DNA from: an uncultured Sphingomonas sp.
GTDB taxonomy: Bacteria; Pseudomonadota; Alphaproteobacteria; Sphingomonadales; Sphingomonadaceae
NCBI RefSeq assembly: GCF_937871615.1
Contig: NZ_CALMPA010000059.1
Coordinates: 29,680-93,679, forward strand
DNA: 64,000 nt
Direction of reading: 5' to 3'
The notes under the pieces were generated by a model, which ran no database searches, was not told the DNA's origin, and worked only from the letters and a program-made list of their open reading frames with translations. The position numbers and the translations under genes were made by a program. Positions within the stretch are counted from its first letter, which is position 1; each line of letters opens with the position of its first letter. Shown here in pieces: positions 1 to 8,706 of the stretch.

Positions 1-1
1 C

Positions 2-343
2 TACGATAGCGTGCCCAACGCCTGTTTCAGCCACCCGCCGATCGCGGGCGTCGGGCTGACCGAGGCGGCGGCGCGGGCCAAATTCGGCTCGGTAAAGGTC
101 TATTCCTCCGATTTCCGCCCGATGAAGAACGTGCTGGCGGGGCGCGAGGAACGCGCGCTCTACAAGATGGTGTGCGATGGCGACAGCGATCGCGTCGTCG
201 GCATCCATATGATCGGGCCGGATGTCGCGGAAATCATCCAGTCGGCGGCGATCGCGGTGAAAGCCGGGCTTACCAAGGCGCAGTTCGACGCAACCGTCGC
301 GCTCCACCCGACGATGGCGGAGGAACTGGTGTTGCTGAAATAG
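2..343 (+). CDS. gor: glutathione-disulfide reductase, C-terminal fragment (5' end lies outside the window)
   Basis: The frame is open from the window edge. YDSVPNACFSHPPIAGVGLTE...VALHPTMAEELVLLK resembles the C-terminal dimerisation domain of Gor (FSHPPIGTVGLTE, HPTxxEE). The GTG at 11 in the ORF track is only the first start-like codon. Confidence 0.85.
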   Translation, partial: YDSVPNACFSHPPIAGVGLTEAAARAKFGSVKVYSSDFRPMKNVLAGREERALYKMVCDGDSDRVVGIHMIGPDVAEIIQSAAIAVKAGLTKAQFDATVALHPTMAEELVLLK

Positions 344-422
344 CGGGCACGCCGGGGGTTGCCTCACGGTGGGCAAGGTCTATGTCCCGCCTAAACTGCC
401 CATATCCATAAAGCGAGCGACC

Positions 423-1817
423 ATGGCTGACGAATTCGACTTTGACGTGCTGGTGATCGGCGCAGGCCCCGGCGGCTATGTCGCGGCGATCCGCGCGGCG
501 CAGCTCGGCCTGAAAACGGCGTGCGCCGAATCGCGCGAAACGCTGGGCGGCACCTGCCTCAACGTCGGCTGCATCCCGTCGAAGGCGATGCTCCACGCAT
601 CGGAATATTTCGATGCCGCGGCCAATGGCTCGATGGCCAAGATGGGCATCAAGGTAACCCCCGAGCTGGATCTCGGCACGATGCACGGCCAGCGCACCGA
701 TGCGGTGAAGCAGCTTACCGGCGGCATCGAATTCCTGTTCAAGAAGAACAAGGTGACCTGGCTGAAGGGCCGCGCTTCGTTCGAGGATGCGCATACCGTC
801 TCGGTCGGCGGGGCGAAGGTAACCGCGAAGAATATCGTCATCGCCACCGGATCGTCGGTCACCCCGCTGCCGGGCGTGGAGATCGACCAGAAGGTCGTGG
901 TCGATTCGACCGGCGCGCTCGAACTGCCCAAGGTGCCCGAGCATATGGTGGTGATCGGCGGCGGCGTGATCGGGCTGGAGCTTGGCTCGGTGTGGCGACG
1001 GCTCGGCGCGAAGGTGACCTGCGTTGAATTCCTCGACCAGATCCTGCCCGGCTTCGACGGCGAAGTCCGCAAGGAAGCCAACAAGATCTTCCGCAAGCAG
1101 GGCATCGAGTTCAAGCTCGGCACCAAGGTTACGGGCGTGAAGGTCGATGGCGGCAAGGCGACGCTGACGGTGGAGCCGGCGGCGGGCGGCGATGCGGCGA
1201 CGATCGAGGCGGATTGCGTGCTGGTGTCGATCGGCCGCAAGCCGAACACCGATGGCCTTGCGCTCGACAGGATCGGCCTCGCCACCAACCAGCGCGGCCA
1301 GATCGAGACCGATCACGATTTCCGCACCGCGGTTTCGGGCGTGTGGGCGATCGGCGATGTCATCCCCGGCCCGATGCTCGCGCACAAGGCGGAGGACGAG
1401 GGCATCGCGGTGGCGGAGAATATCGCGGGCCAGCACGGCATCGTGAACCATGATGTGATCCCGTCGGTCGTCTATACCTGGCCGGAAATCGCCGGCGTCG
1501 GGCTGACCGAGGAAGCGGCGAAGGAACGCGGCGAGGTGAAGGTCGGCAAATTCCCGATGCTCGCCAACAGCCGCGCCAAGACCAACCACGAGCCGGACGG
1601 CTTCGTGAAGGTGATCGCGGACGCCAAATCCGATCGCGTGCTCGGCGTGTGGTGCATCGCCAGCGTCGCCGGCACGATGATCGCGCAGGCCGCGCAGGCG
1701 ATGGAATTCGGCGCGACCAGCGAGGACATCGCCTACACCTGCCACGCGCATCCGACGCACAGCGAGGCGATCAAGGAAGCCGCGATGGCCGTGCGCGGCA
1801 AGCCGATTCACATCTGA
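423..1817 (+). CDS. lpdA: dihydrolipoyl dehydrogenase (E3 component)
   Basis: ORF 369..1817. The start was moved to ATG 423 (MADEFDFDVLVIGAGPGGY, FAD GxGxxG). It has the redox-active disulfide GGTCLNVGCIPSK and the C-terminal HAHPTHSE motif. Confidence 0.93.
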   Translation: MADEFDFDVLVIGAGPGGYVAAIRAAQLGLKTACAESRETLGGTCLNVGCIPSKAMLHASEYFDAAANGSMAKMGIKVTPELDLGTMHGQRTDAVKQLTGGIEFLFKKNKVTWLKGRASFEDAHTVSVGGAKVTAKNIVIATGSSVTPLPGVEIDQKVVVDSTGALELPKVPEHMVVIGGGVIGLELGSVWRRLGAKVTCVEFLDQILPGFDGEVRKEANKIFRKQGIEFKLGTKVTGVKVDGGKATLTVEPAAGGDAATIEADCVLVSIGRKPNTDGLALDRIGLATNQRGQIETDHDFRTAVSGVWAIGDVIPGPMLAHKAEDEGIAVAENIAGQHGIVNHDVIPSVVYTWPEIAGVGLTEEAAKERGEVKVGKFPMLANSRAKTNHEPDGFVKVIADAKSDRVLGVWCIASVAGTMIAQAAQAMEFGATSEDIAYTCHAHPTHSEAIKEAAMAVRGKPIHI

Positions 1818-1826
1818 CCGCGCCAA

Positions 1827-1848
1827 GCCGCAGCCCAAGGGCTGCGGC
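1827..1848 (+). terminator. GC-rich hairpin downstream of lpdA (no U-tract)
   Basis: GCCGCAGCCC-aa-GGGCTGCGGC begins 10 nt after the lpdA stop. The arms are perfectly complementary. Confidence 0.4.
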
Positions 1849-1951
1849 GCGGCCTCGGCGCGGTCAGATCGGCCGGCGGCGCCAAAAGCGCCGACCGACG
1901 GCGCGGCTTTGCCGCGCCGGGCACCAGGCCAGATTCAACTCCTCCCCATTT

Positions 1952-2033
1952 CCGTTCGGGCTGAGCCTGTCGAAGCCCTGCCCTTTTCTGCGGACGAAGA
2001 AAGACAGCCCTTCGACAAGCTCAGGGCGAACGG
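1952..2033. repeat. REP/MITE-like imperfect inverted repeat
   Basis: The left arm ccgttcgggctgagcctgtcgaagccc (1952-1978) is near-complementary to the right arm gcccttcgacaagctcagggcgaacgg (2007-2033). The element is intergenic, between lpdA and a small lipoprotein gene. Confidence 0.5.
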
Positions 2034-2051
2034 GGTGGCGAAATTCTCCGC

Positions 2052-2303
2052 TTAGCGCTGCGGCGGCGCCCGATATCCCGAATCCGCCGGGCACTCATCC
2101 GGATGCTTGCGGCAGCGTTCCTCGCGTTTGCGCATCTCGCGCATATATTTCCGATCCCGTTCGGATGGGCTGGTGGTGCTCCAGTCGATCACCTTGCTCG
2201 TCGCGCGCACCGGCGCGGTGACGACGCTGGCGATGGTCCGCACGCAGCCCGCCGTGCCGACAAGCACGCCAAGCGCGAGCACGCCCATGACCCCGCGCCT
2301 CAT
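2052..2303 (-). CDS. small putative lipoprotein (83 aa)
   Basis: MRRGVMGVLALGVLVGTAGC has a signal peptide with a lipobox-like GTAG/C. Its ATG overlaps the glpQ stop (ATGA at 2300-2303), which suggests translational coupling. Confidence 0.5.
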   Translation of the reverse strand: MRRGVMGVLALGVLVGTAGCVRTIASVVTAPVRATSKVIDWSTTSPSERDRKYMREMRKREERCRKHPDECPADSGYRAPPQR

Positions 2304-3358
2304 TTCGCGTGCCGCGCTTCACGCGCACGGTTGCGCGCCGCCACGCCGATCGCGGGAAAATCGGTGAAGAAGCCATCCAGCCCGCGATAGAGCGCGGCGG
2401 AAATCTCGCCATCGAGATCGCCATGGCCGCGCGGATTGAGCCCGTCGCGATAGCCCGAGGGGAGGAAATAATTCTCCGCGCGATACGTCCATGGATGGAC
2501 CCGCAGGCCAGCGGCATGGGCGGCGCGGACCAGCCCGGTCGGCACCTTCCCGTCCCACAGCATCGCCTTGTTCGGGCCGATGCCGAAAGCGTAGCTCGCG
2601 ATATCGCGCAGCCCGTCTGGCGTCAGCATCGCGTCATAGCTTGGCGCGGCGCCATCCGCCGGGCCGCCTTCCTTGTCGACAAGCTGAATCAGGCGGATGC
2701 CGGTCAATTTGTGGATGCGCTTCAGATTATTCACCTCGAACGACTGGATGAACACCGGCGCTTTCGCCGTATTCCACCCCGCCGCCTGCAACTGGCGCAC
2801 CAGCAATTCGTCGGTCGGATGGCCGATCGACGCGAAATAGGCCGGGTGCTTCGTTTCGGGATAGATGCCGACATCGTGCTCTTTCGCCAGCGCGATGATC
2901 TCGGCCAGCGTGGGGATCGCGAACCTGCCGTCATATTGGCGGTTGTCGGGGCGGAGCACCGGCAGGCGCTCCTTCGCGCGCAACGTCTTCAGCTCGGCGA
3001 GCGTGAAATCCTCGACGAACCAGCCGGTCTGCTTCTGGCCGTCGATCGTCTTGGTTGTCCGGCGCGATGCGAATTCGGGGTGATCGGCAACATCGGTCGT
3101 CCCCGATATTTCATTCTCGTGCCGCGCGACGAGCACATCGTCCTTCGTCGGCACCAGATCGGGTTCGATGAAATCGGCGCCCTCCACGATCGCCAGTTCA
3201 TAGGCGGCGAGCGTATGTTCCGGGCGCTCTCCACTCGCGCCGCGATGCGCGATAACAATGGGATCGGAAAGCGGCGCAATCGAATCGGGCATCCGCCGAT
3301 CCTGCCCGGTTCCACACGCCGATACCAGCAACGCCAACGGGATGGTTATCTTTCGCAT
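2300..3358 (-). CDS. glpQ: glycerophosphodiester phosphodiesterase, exported
   Basis: ORF 2300..3586. The start was moved to ATG 3358 (MRKITIPLALLVSACG signal/lipobox); ATG 3370 is an alternative. GDPD motif HRGASGERPEHT. Confidence 0.85.
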   Translation of the reverse strand: MRKITIPLALLVSACGTGQDRRMPDSIAPLSDPIVIAHRGASGERPEHTLAAYELAIVEGADFIEPDLVPTKDDVLVARHENEISGTTDVADHPEFASRRTTKTIDGQKQTGWFVEDFTLAELKTLRAKERLPVLRPDNRQYDGRFAIPTLAEIIALAKEHDVGIYPETKHPAYFASIGHPTDELLVRQLQAAGWNTAKAPVFIQSFEVNNLKRIHKLTGIRLIQLVDKEGGPADGAAPSYDAMLTPDGLRDIASYAFGIGPNKAMLWDGKVPTGLVRAAHAAGLRVHPWTYRAENYFLPSGYRDGLNPRGHGDLDGEISAALYRGLDGFFTDFPAIGVAARNRAREARHAK

Positions 3359-3410
3359 GGACACCAACATTGCACCCAGCGTTACCCTGTCGGCAGACGG
3401 AGAGCGAGCC

Positions 3411-3911
3411 ATGTATTTTACGATCAATGGAGCGCGATACGAGGCGGATGTGGATATCCGCACCTCGCTGCTCGATCTGCTGCGCGAGCATCTCGGGCTG
3501 ACGGGGAGCAAGAAGGGCTGTGACCATGGCCAGTGCGGGGCGTGCACCATCCTCGTCAACGGGCGGCGGATCAACGCGTGCCTCACGCTCGCGGTGATGC
3601 ATCAGGATGATGCCATCACCACGATCGAGGGGCTGGGCGCGATCGGCGATCTCCACCCGATGCAGGCGGCATTCGTGCGGCATGACGGCTATCAATGCGG
3701 CTATTGCACGCCGGGGCAGATCTGTTCGGCGGTGGGGATGCTCGACGAGGTGGCGAAGGGCTGGCCGAGCCATGTTTCCGCCGATCTTGCGCATCCGGCA
3801 TTCAACGATGACGAGATTTCGGAGCGGATGAGCGGCAATCTCTGCCGCTGCTCGGCCTATCCCAATATCGTCGATGCGATCCGCGACGTGGCGCGGGAGA
3901 CGGCGGCATGA
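3411..3911 (+). CDS. (2Fe-2S)-binding small subunit of a xanthine dehydrogenase-family oxidoreductase (PaoA/YagT-like)
   Basis: ATG 3411 is preceded by GGAGAG. Cys clusters [18 protein letters not shown] and NLCRCSAY are present. No twin-arginine signal is visible. Confidence 0.85.
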   Translation: MYFTINGARYEADVDIRTSLLDLLREHLGLTGSKKGCDHGQCGACTILVNGRRINACLTLAVMHQDDAITTIEGLGAIGDLHPMQAAFVRHDGYQCGYCTPGQICSAVGMLDEVAKGWPSHVSADLAHPAFNDDEISERMSGNLCRCSAYPNIVDAIRDVARETAA

Positions 3912-4876
3912 GGACGTTCGCCTATTCCCGCGCTGAAAGCCCGCAAGGCGCGGTGGCGGCGGGCGGTCGCTTCATCGCGGGGGGGACCAACCTGCTCGAT
4001 CTGATGCGGCTGGAGGTGGAGACGCCCGAGCGGCTGGTGGATATCAGCCGGCTCGATCTCGCGCGGATCGAGGAGCGCGCGGACGGCGGGCTGACGATCG
4101 GCGCGCTGGTGCCGAACAGCGATCTCGCCGCCGACGCGCGCGTGATCGAGCGTTACGAGGTGCTGAGCCGCGCGCTGCTCGCGGGCGCATCGGGCCAGCT
4201 TCGCAACAAGGCGACGACCGGGGGCAATCTGCTCCAGCGAACGCGCTGTTATTATTTCTACGACACCGCCGCGCGCTGCAACAAGCGCGCGCCCGGATCG
4301 GGCTGCGACGCGCGCGAGGGGTTCAATCGCATCCATGCGATCCTGGGGACAAGCGATCAGTGCATCGCCACCCATCCCGGCGACATGCCGGTGGCGATGC
4401 AGGCGCTCGACGCGGTGATCGTCACGCTCACGCCCGGCGGAGACAGGCGGCGACTGCCGATTTCGGATTTCTATCGCCTGCCCGGCAACACGCCGCAGGT
4501 GGAAACCGCGCTGAAACCGGGCGAGCTTATCACCCATGTCGAGTTGCCCGCGCCCGTGCCGGGCGCGCGGCATCTTTATCGCAAGGTGCGCGATCGCGCG
4601 TCTTATGCCTTCGCGCTCGTCTCTCTGGCCGGGGTGGTACGGATGGAGGGCGGCAGGATCGCATCAGCAGCACTCGCCTTCGGCGGGCTGGCGCCACGGC
4701 CGTGGCGCGATCCGGCGGTGGAAGCGGCGCTGGTCGGCAAGGCGCCGACCGCCGAAGCCTTCGCCGACGCCGCCGAGGCATTGCTGAAGGACGCGCGCGG
4801 CTTCGGGCATAACGATTTCAAGCTGCCGCTCGCCCGCCGCGTGCTGATCGCGGCCCTTCGGGATCTGACCGCATGA
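3908..4876 (+). CDS. FAD-binding subunit of a xanthine dehydrogenase-family oxidoreductase (PaoB/YagS-like)
   Basis: FAD-binding-5-type N-terminus with [10 protein letters not shown]. It has ATGA overlaps with both neighbouring genes. Confidence 0.85.
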   Translation: MRTFAYSRAESPQGAVAAGGRFIAGGTNLLDLMRLEVETPERLVDISRLDLARIEERADGGLTIGALVPNSDLAADARVIERYEVLSRALLAGASGQLRNKATTGGNLLQRTRCYYFYDTAARCNKRAPGSGCDAREGFNRIHAILGTSDQCIATHPGDMPVAMQALDAVIVTLTPGGDRRRLPISDFYRLPGNTPQVETALKPGELITHVELPAPVPGARHLYRKVRDRASYAFALVSLAGVVRMEGGRIASAALAFGGLAPRPWRDPAVEAALVGKAPTAEAFADAAEALLKDARGFGHNDFKLPLARRVLIAALRDLTA

Positions 4877-7071
4877 CCGAATATCGGATGGACGAGGCGC
4901 ACGCCGGCCTCGCGCTCGATCGCGAGGTGCAGGGCGTGCTCGGCAAGCCGCTCGACCGGATCGACGGCCCGGCGAAGGTGACCGGCAGCGCGACCTATGC
5001 GCTGGAGCACGGACTCGACAACATGGCCTGGGGCGTCGCGATCACCGCCGCTATCGGCAAGGGCCGCGTCACCGCGATCGACACGCGCGCGGCGGAGAAG
5101 ATGCCCGGCGTGATCGCGATCTACGCCGGCGACGCCGCCCTCCCCCGCCAGACCCCGGTGTTCGGGCAGGATCGGGCACAGCCTTATGACGGCGCGATCG
5201 AAAGCTGGGGCGAGATAGTCGGCATCGCGGTGGCGGAAAGTTTCGAGGCGGCGCGCGCCGCCGCCCGCGCGGTGATCGTCACCTGCGCGCGCGAAGACGG
5301 CGTGTTCACCACGCATGACGGCGCGGACGATGCCTTCGATCCGCAGGAAGGCGCGCTGCTCCCCAATATCGTGCGCGGCGATATCAATCGGGCGATGGCC
5401 GATGCGGCGGTGGCGATCGACGTGAATTACACCACCCCGCGCCAGGTTCATGCCGCGATGGAGCCGCATGGCACGATCGCCGAATGGGATGGCGATCGGC
5501 TGACCTTGCGCTGTTCGATCCAGATCTTCCGCATGGCGCGCCCGGTGCTGGCCAATTCGCTCGGCATCCCGGCGGAGGATATCCGGCTGATCTCCCCCTT
5601 CATCGGCGGTGGCTTCGGGGGCAAGAATGTCAGCGCCGATGCGCTGCTTGCCGCGGTGGCGGCGAAACGGCTCGGGCGCCCGGTGAAGGTGGCGCTTGCC
5701 CGGCAGCAGATATTCCACGCCTGTTATGGCCGGTCTGACACATATCAGCGCATCCGCCTCGCCGCAGACGCCGATGGGCGGCTGATCGGTTGCGGGCAGG
5801 ACAGCCTTGTCAGCCAGAAGGTCGGCGCGCGCTCGTTCGAGCCGGTGGCGCTCGGCGCGGTGGCGCTCTATCGCGGCGAACATCGCAGCTTCACGACGCG
5901 GATCGCGCCGGTCAACCTCGTCGCGCACGGCCCGGTCCGCGCGCCGGGCGAGGCGGTGGGGATGATCGCGCTGGAATGCGCGATGGACGAACTGGCGCGC
6001 GAACTCGGCCTCGATCCGATCGAGCTGCGCCGCCGCAACGAGCCGGAAAACGATCCCACCACCGGGCGCCCCTTTTCATCCCGCCGCCTGATCGACTGTT
6101 TCGACGAGGGCGCGCGGCGCTTCGGCTGGGCCACGCGCGAGCGGCGGAGCGAGGGCGAATGGCTGATCGGGCATGGCGTTGCTACCGCCGCGCGGGTGAA
6201 TTTCCTCGCGGATTCAAGCGCGCGGGTGACGCTGTCGCCCGAGGGCCGCGCGATCGTCGAGACCGACATGACCGATCTGGGCACCGGCACCTATACGATA
6301 TTGGCGCAGGTCGCGGGCGAGGCGCTCGGCCTGCCGATCGAGCGCGTCGCGGTGCGGCTGGGCGACAGCGATCTGCCGACCGGCGCCGGATCGGGCGGAT
6401 CGTTCGGCGCCGCCTCCTCCGCCTCGTCGGTCGCGCTGGCGTGCGAGGATATCGTGGCGAAGCTGGCCAAAGCGATGGGCGCAGCGCCCGAGGATATGAC
6501 GCTGAAGGACGGCCACGCCATCGCCGGCAACCGCCGCGTGCCGCTGGGCGAACTGGTCGGCGCCGCGCCGCTTTCCGCGATCGGCACGATCCATCCCGGC
6601 GCGAACAACCGGCGCTTCGCGCAGGCGACGCATGGCGCGCAATTCTGCGAGGCATGGGTCAATGCGGTGACGGGCGAAGTGCGCGTGAAGCGGATGCTCG
6701 GCGTGTTCGATTGCGGGCGCATCCTCAACCACAAAACCGCGCGCAGCCAGGCGATCGGCGGGATGATCTGGGGCCTTGGCTATGCGCTGCACGAGGAAGC
6801 GCATGTCGATCCGCGCAGCGGCGCGATCGTCAACCGCGATTTCGGCGAATATCACATCCCCGCCAATGCCGATGTACCACAGATCGAGGCATATTTCGTC
6901 GAGGAAGTCGATCGCCACGCCAATCCGCTTGGCGCCAAGGGGATCGGCGAACTCGGCATTTCCGGCGCGGGCGCGGCGGTGGCCAATGCGATCTTCGATG
7001 CGTGCGGCGTACGCGTGCGCGACATGCCGATCACACCGGATAAACTGCTGATGGGGCTTCCGCCGATCTGA
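4873..7071 (+). CDS. molybdopterin-binding large subunit of a xanthine dehydrogenase-family oxidoreductase (PaoC/YagR-like)
   Basis: 732 aa. It shows aldehyde oxidase/xanthine dehydrogenase a/b-hammerhead and MoCo-binding domain-like sequence (GGGFGGK, GxGEL..G at the C-terminus). Confidence 0.9.
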   Translation: MTEYRMDEAHAGLALDREVQGVLGKPLDRIDGPAKVTGSATYALEHGLDNMAWGVAITAAIGKGRVTAIDTRAAEKMPGVIAIYAGDAALPRQTPVFGQDRAQPYDGAIESWGEIVGIAVAESFEAARAAARAVIVTCAREDGVFTTHDGADDAFDPQEGALLPNIVRGDINRAMADAAVAIDVNYTTPRQVHAAMEPHGTIAEWDGDRLTLRCSIQIFRMARPVLANSLGIPAEDIRLISPFIGGGFGGKNVSADALLAAVAAKRLGRPVKVALARQQIFHACYGRSDTYQRIRLAADADGRLIGCGQDSLVSQKVGARSFEPVALGAVALYRGEHRSFTTRIAPVNLVAHGPVRAPGEAVGMIALECAMDELARELGLDPIELRRRNEPENDPTTGRPFSSRRLIDCFDEGARRFGWATRERRSEGEWLIGHGVATAARVNFLADSSARVTLSPEGRAIVETDMTDLGTGTYTILAQVAGEALGLPIERVAVRLGDSDLPTGAGSGGSFGAASSASSVALACEDIVAKLAKAMGAAPEDMTLKDGHAIAGNRRVPLGELVGAAPLSAIGTIHPGANNRRFAQATHGAQFCEAWVNAVTGEVRVKRMLGVFDCGRILNHKTARSQAIGGMIWGLGYALHEEAHVDPRSGAIVNRDFGEYHIPANADVPQIEAYFVEEVDRHANPLGAKGIGELGISGAGAAVANAIFDACGVRVRDMPITPDKLLMGLPPI

Positions 7072-7994
7072 TGGCCGACAATGATACAGTCCTGAACGCC
7101 GCCGAAGCGTGGCGGGGCGCGCCGATGGCGCTTGCCACCGTGGTTTCGACCTGGGGCTCGGCGCCGCGCCCGAGGGGCAGCCATATGCTCGTCCATGCCG
7201 ATGGGCGGTTCGAAGGATCGGTTTCGGGCGGCTGCGTGGAAAGCGATATCCTGGACACCGCCGCGCAGGTGATCGCGGGTGCGCCGTTCCAGCTCAAACG
7301 CTACGGCGTGGCGGATGCCAGCGCATGGGAGGTCGGCCTGCCGTGCGGCGGCGAAATCGCGGTGCTGGTGCAGCCAGTATCGGAAGCGGGCTTCGACCCC
7401 GCGCTGTTCGATAATATCCGCGCCGCGCGCGATGCGGGAATGGCGCTGGCCGTCACCACCGATCTTGCCACCGGGCGGAGCGGCGTGGACCTGCCCGCCA
7501 GCGCCGACAGCTTCGTCAACCGCTATGATCCGCCGCGCCGGCTGCTGATCGTCGGCGCGGTGCAGATCGCGCAGGCGCTGGTCAGGCTGGCGCATACGCT
7601 CGGCATCGAAACGGTGGTGATCGACCCGCGCGGGCGCTTCCTGACGGACGAGCGTTTCCCCGCCGCGACGCTCGACGATCGCTGGCCCGACGAGGCGATC
7701 GCCGCCCACCGCCCCGGCCCCTCCACCGCGATCGTGACGTTGAGCCACGATACCAAGATCGACGATCCCGCGCTGATCGCAGCGCTCGCCAGCGACGCCG
7801 GCTATGTCGGCGCGCTCGGCAGCCGCCGCAGCCACGCCGCGCGACGCGAGCGGCTGGGCGCGGCGGGCGTGGCGCCGGGCGCGCTCGATCGCATCGACGC
7901 GCCGGTGGGGCTCGATATCGGCGCGATCGGCCCGGCGGAGATCGCGCTTTCCATCGCCGCAGCAATGATAGGACGATTCAATGATCGAGGTTGA
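7071..7994 (+). CDS. XdhC/CoxI-family molybdoenzyme maturation protein
   Basis: 307 aa with an N-terminal XdhC_CoxI-like part and a C-terminal Rossmann-like part (LLIVGAVQIA). The start overlaps the large-subunit stop (TGATG). Confidence 0.8.
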   Translation: MADNDTVLNAAEAWRGAPMALATVVSTWGSAPRPRGSHMLVHADGRFEGSVSGGCVESDILDTAAQVIAGAPFQLKRYGVADASAWEVGLPCGGEIAVLVQPVSEAGFDPALFDNIRAARDAGMALAVTTDLATGRSGVDLPASADSFVNRYDPPRRLLIVGAVQIAQALVRLAHTLGIETVVIDPRGRFLTDERFPAATLDDRWPDEAIAAHRPGPSTAIVTLSHDTKIDDPALIAALASDAGYVGALGSRRSHAARRERLGAAGVAPGALDRIDAPVGLDIGAIGPAEIALSIAAAMIGRFNDRG

Positions 7995-8583
7995 AAAAAC
8001 CGTGCTCGTGCTGCTCGCCGCGGGGAAATCGGAGCGGTTCGGCGATGTCGGCAGCAAGCTCGACGAACCGTTCCTCTCCCGCCCGCTCGGGCTGCATGTC
8101 GCCGTGACGCTGGAGGATATGCCGTTCATGGAGCGGATTGCGATCGTCGCCGGCTGCCAGATTGATTTCGCGCACCATGGTTTCACCATCATCCCCAACA
8201 ACGATCCCTCGCGCGACATGGCATCATCGGTGCGGCTCGGGGTGGATGCAGCGCGCGAGCACGGCGCGGCTGCGGTTATCATCGCGCTGGCGGACATGCC
8301 GCGCGTCACCGCGACGCATATCTATCGCCTGCTCGAAGCGGCGACGGGGCCGGAGGCGGTGGTCGCCTCCAGCAACGGCCGCCACCCCTCCCCGCCCGTC
8401 CTGTTCGGCGCGGCGCGGTTCGGCGAGGTATTGTCGATCGAGGGCGATCAGGGCGCGCGCGATCTGATCCGCGCTGGCGTCCATGTCGTCGCCCACGAAC
8501 AGGAACTGATCGACGTGGATACGCCGGAGCAACTGGAGCAACTCCGCGCGCTGGTCCATGCGCCCGAGGCGAGGCGCCAGTAA
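7981..8583 (+). CDS. mocA: MobA-like NTP transferase, probable molybdenum cofactor cytidylyltransferase
   Basis: LLAAGKSERFG matches the LAAGxSxRxG signature. It lies directly downstream of xdhC and overlaps it by 14 nt. Confidence 0.7.
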   Translation: MIEVEKTVLVLLAAGKSERFGDVGSKLDEPFLSRPLGLHVAVTLEDMPFMERIAIVAGCQIDFAHHGFTIIPNNDPSRDMASSVRLGVDAAREHGAAAVIIALADMPRVTATHIYRLLEAATGPEAVVASSNGRHPSPPVLFGAARFGEVLSIEGDQGARDLIRAGVHVVAHEQELIDVDTPEQLEQLRALVHAPEARRQ

Positions 8584-8663
8584 AGCCCCTCTCCTTTGGC
8601 GGAGGCGCAGGGATGGGACAGCGAGATACGGCAGGTGGACGGTCTCTGAGAGACATCCCCCAC

Positions 8664-8691
8664 CCCCTCCCCCGCCTCTGAAGGGGAGGGG
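8664..8691. terminator. hairpin between convergent mocA and pccA
   Basis: CCCCTCCCC-n10-GGGGAGGGG. A similar C/G-run hairpin recurs at 29683-29704. Confidence 0.4.
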
Positions 8692-8706
8692 ACTTTCAGT
8701 GCCCCC

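Noticed and set aside
270-1838. A 522-aa ORF antisense to lpdA. Similar long shadow ORFs occur at 4603..5928, 8947..10887, 13071..15446, 36043..38784 and 52602..54026.
   Set aside because: All lie opposite genes with clear family motifs. Their products are Arg/Ala/Gly/Pro-rich low-complexity sequence, as expected from the antisense frame of high-GC coding DNA. I recognise no motifs in them.
3258-3410. An N-terminal extension of the FeS subunit ORF (starts at 3258 or 3357).
   Set aside because: It would overlap the divergent glpQ coding region and start codon. ATG 3411 has a good GGAGAG SD, and the conserved domain begins there.
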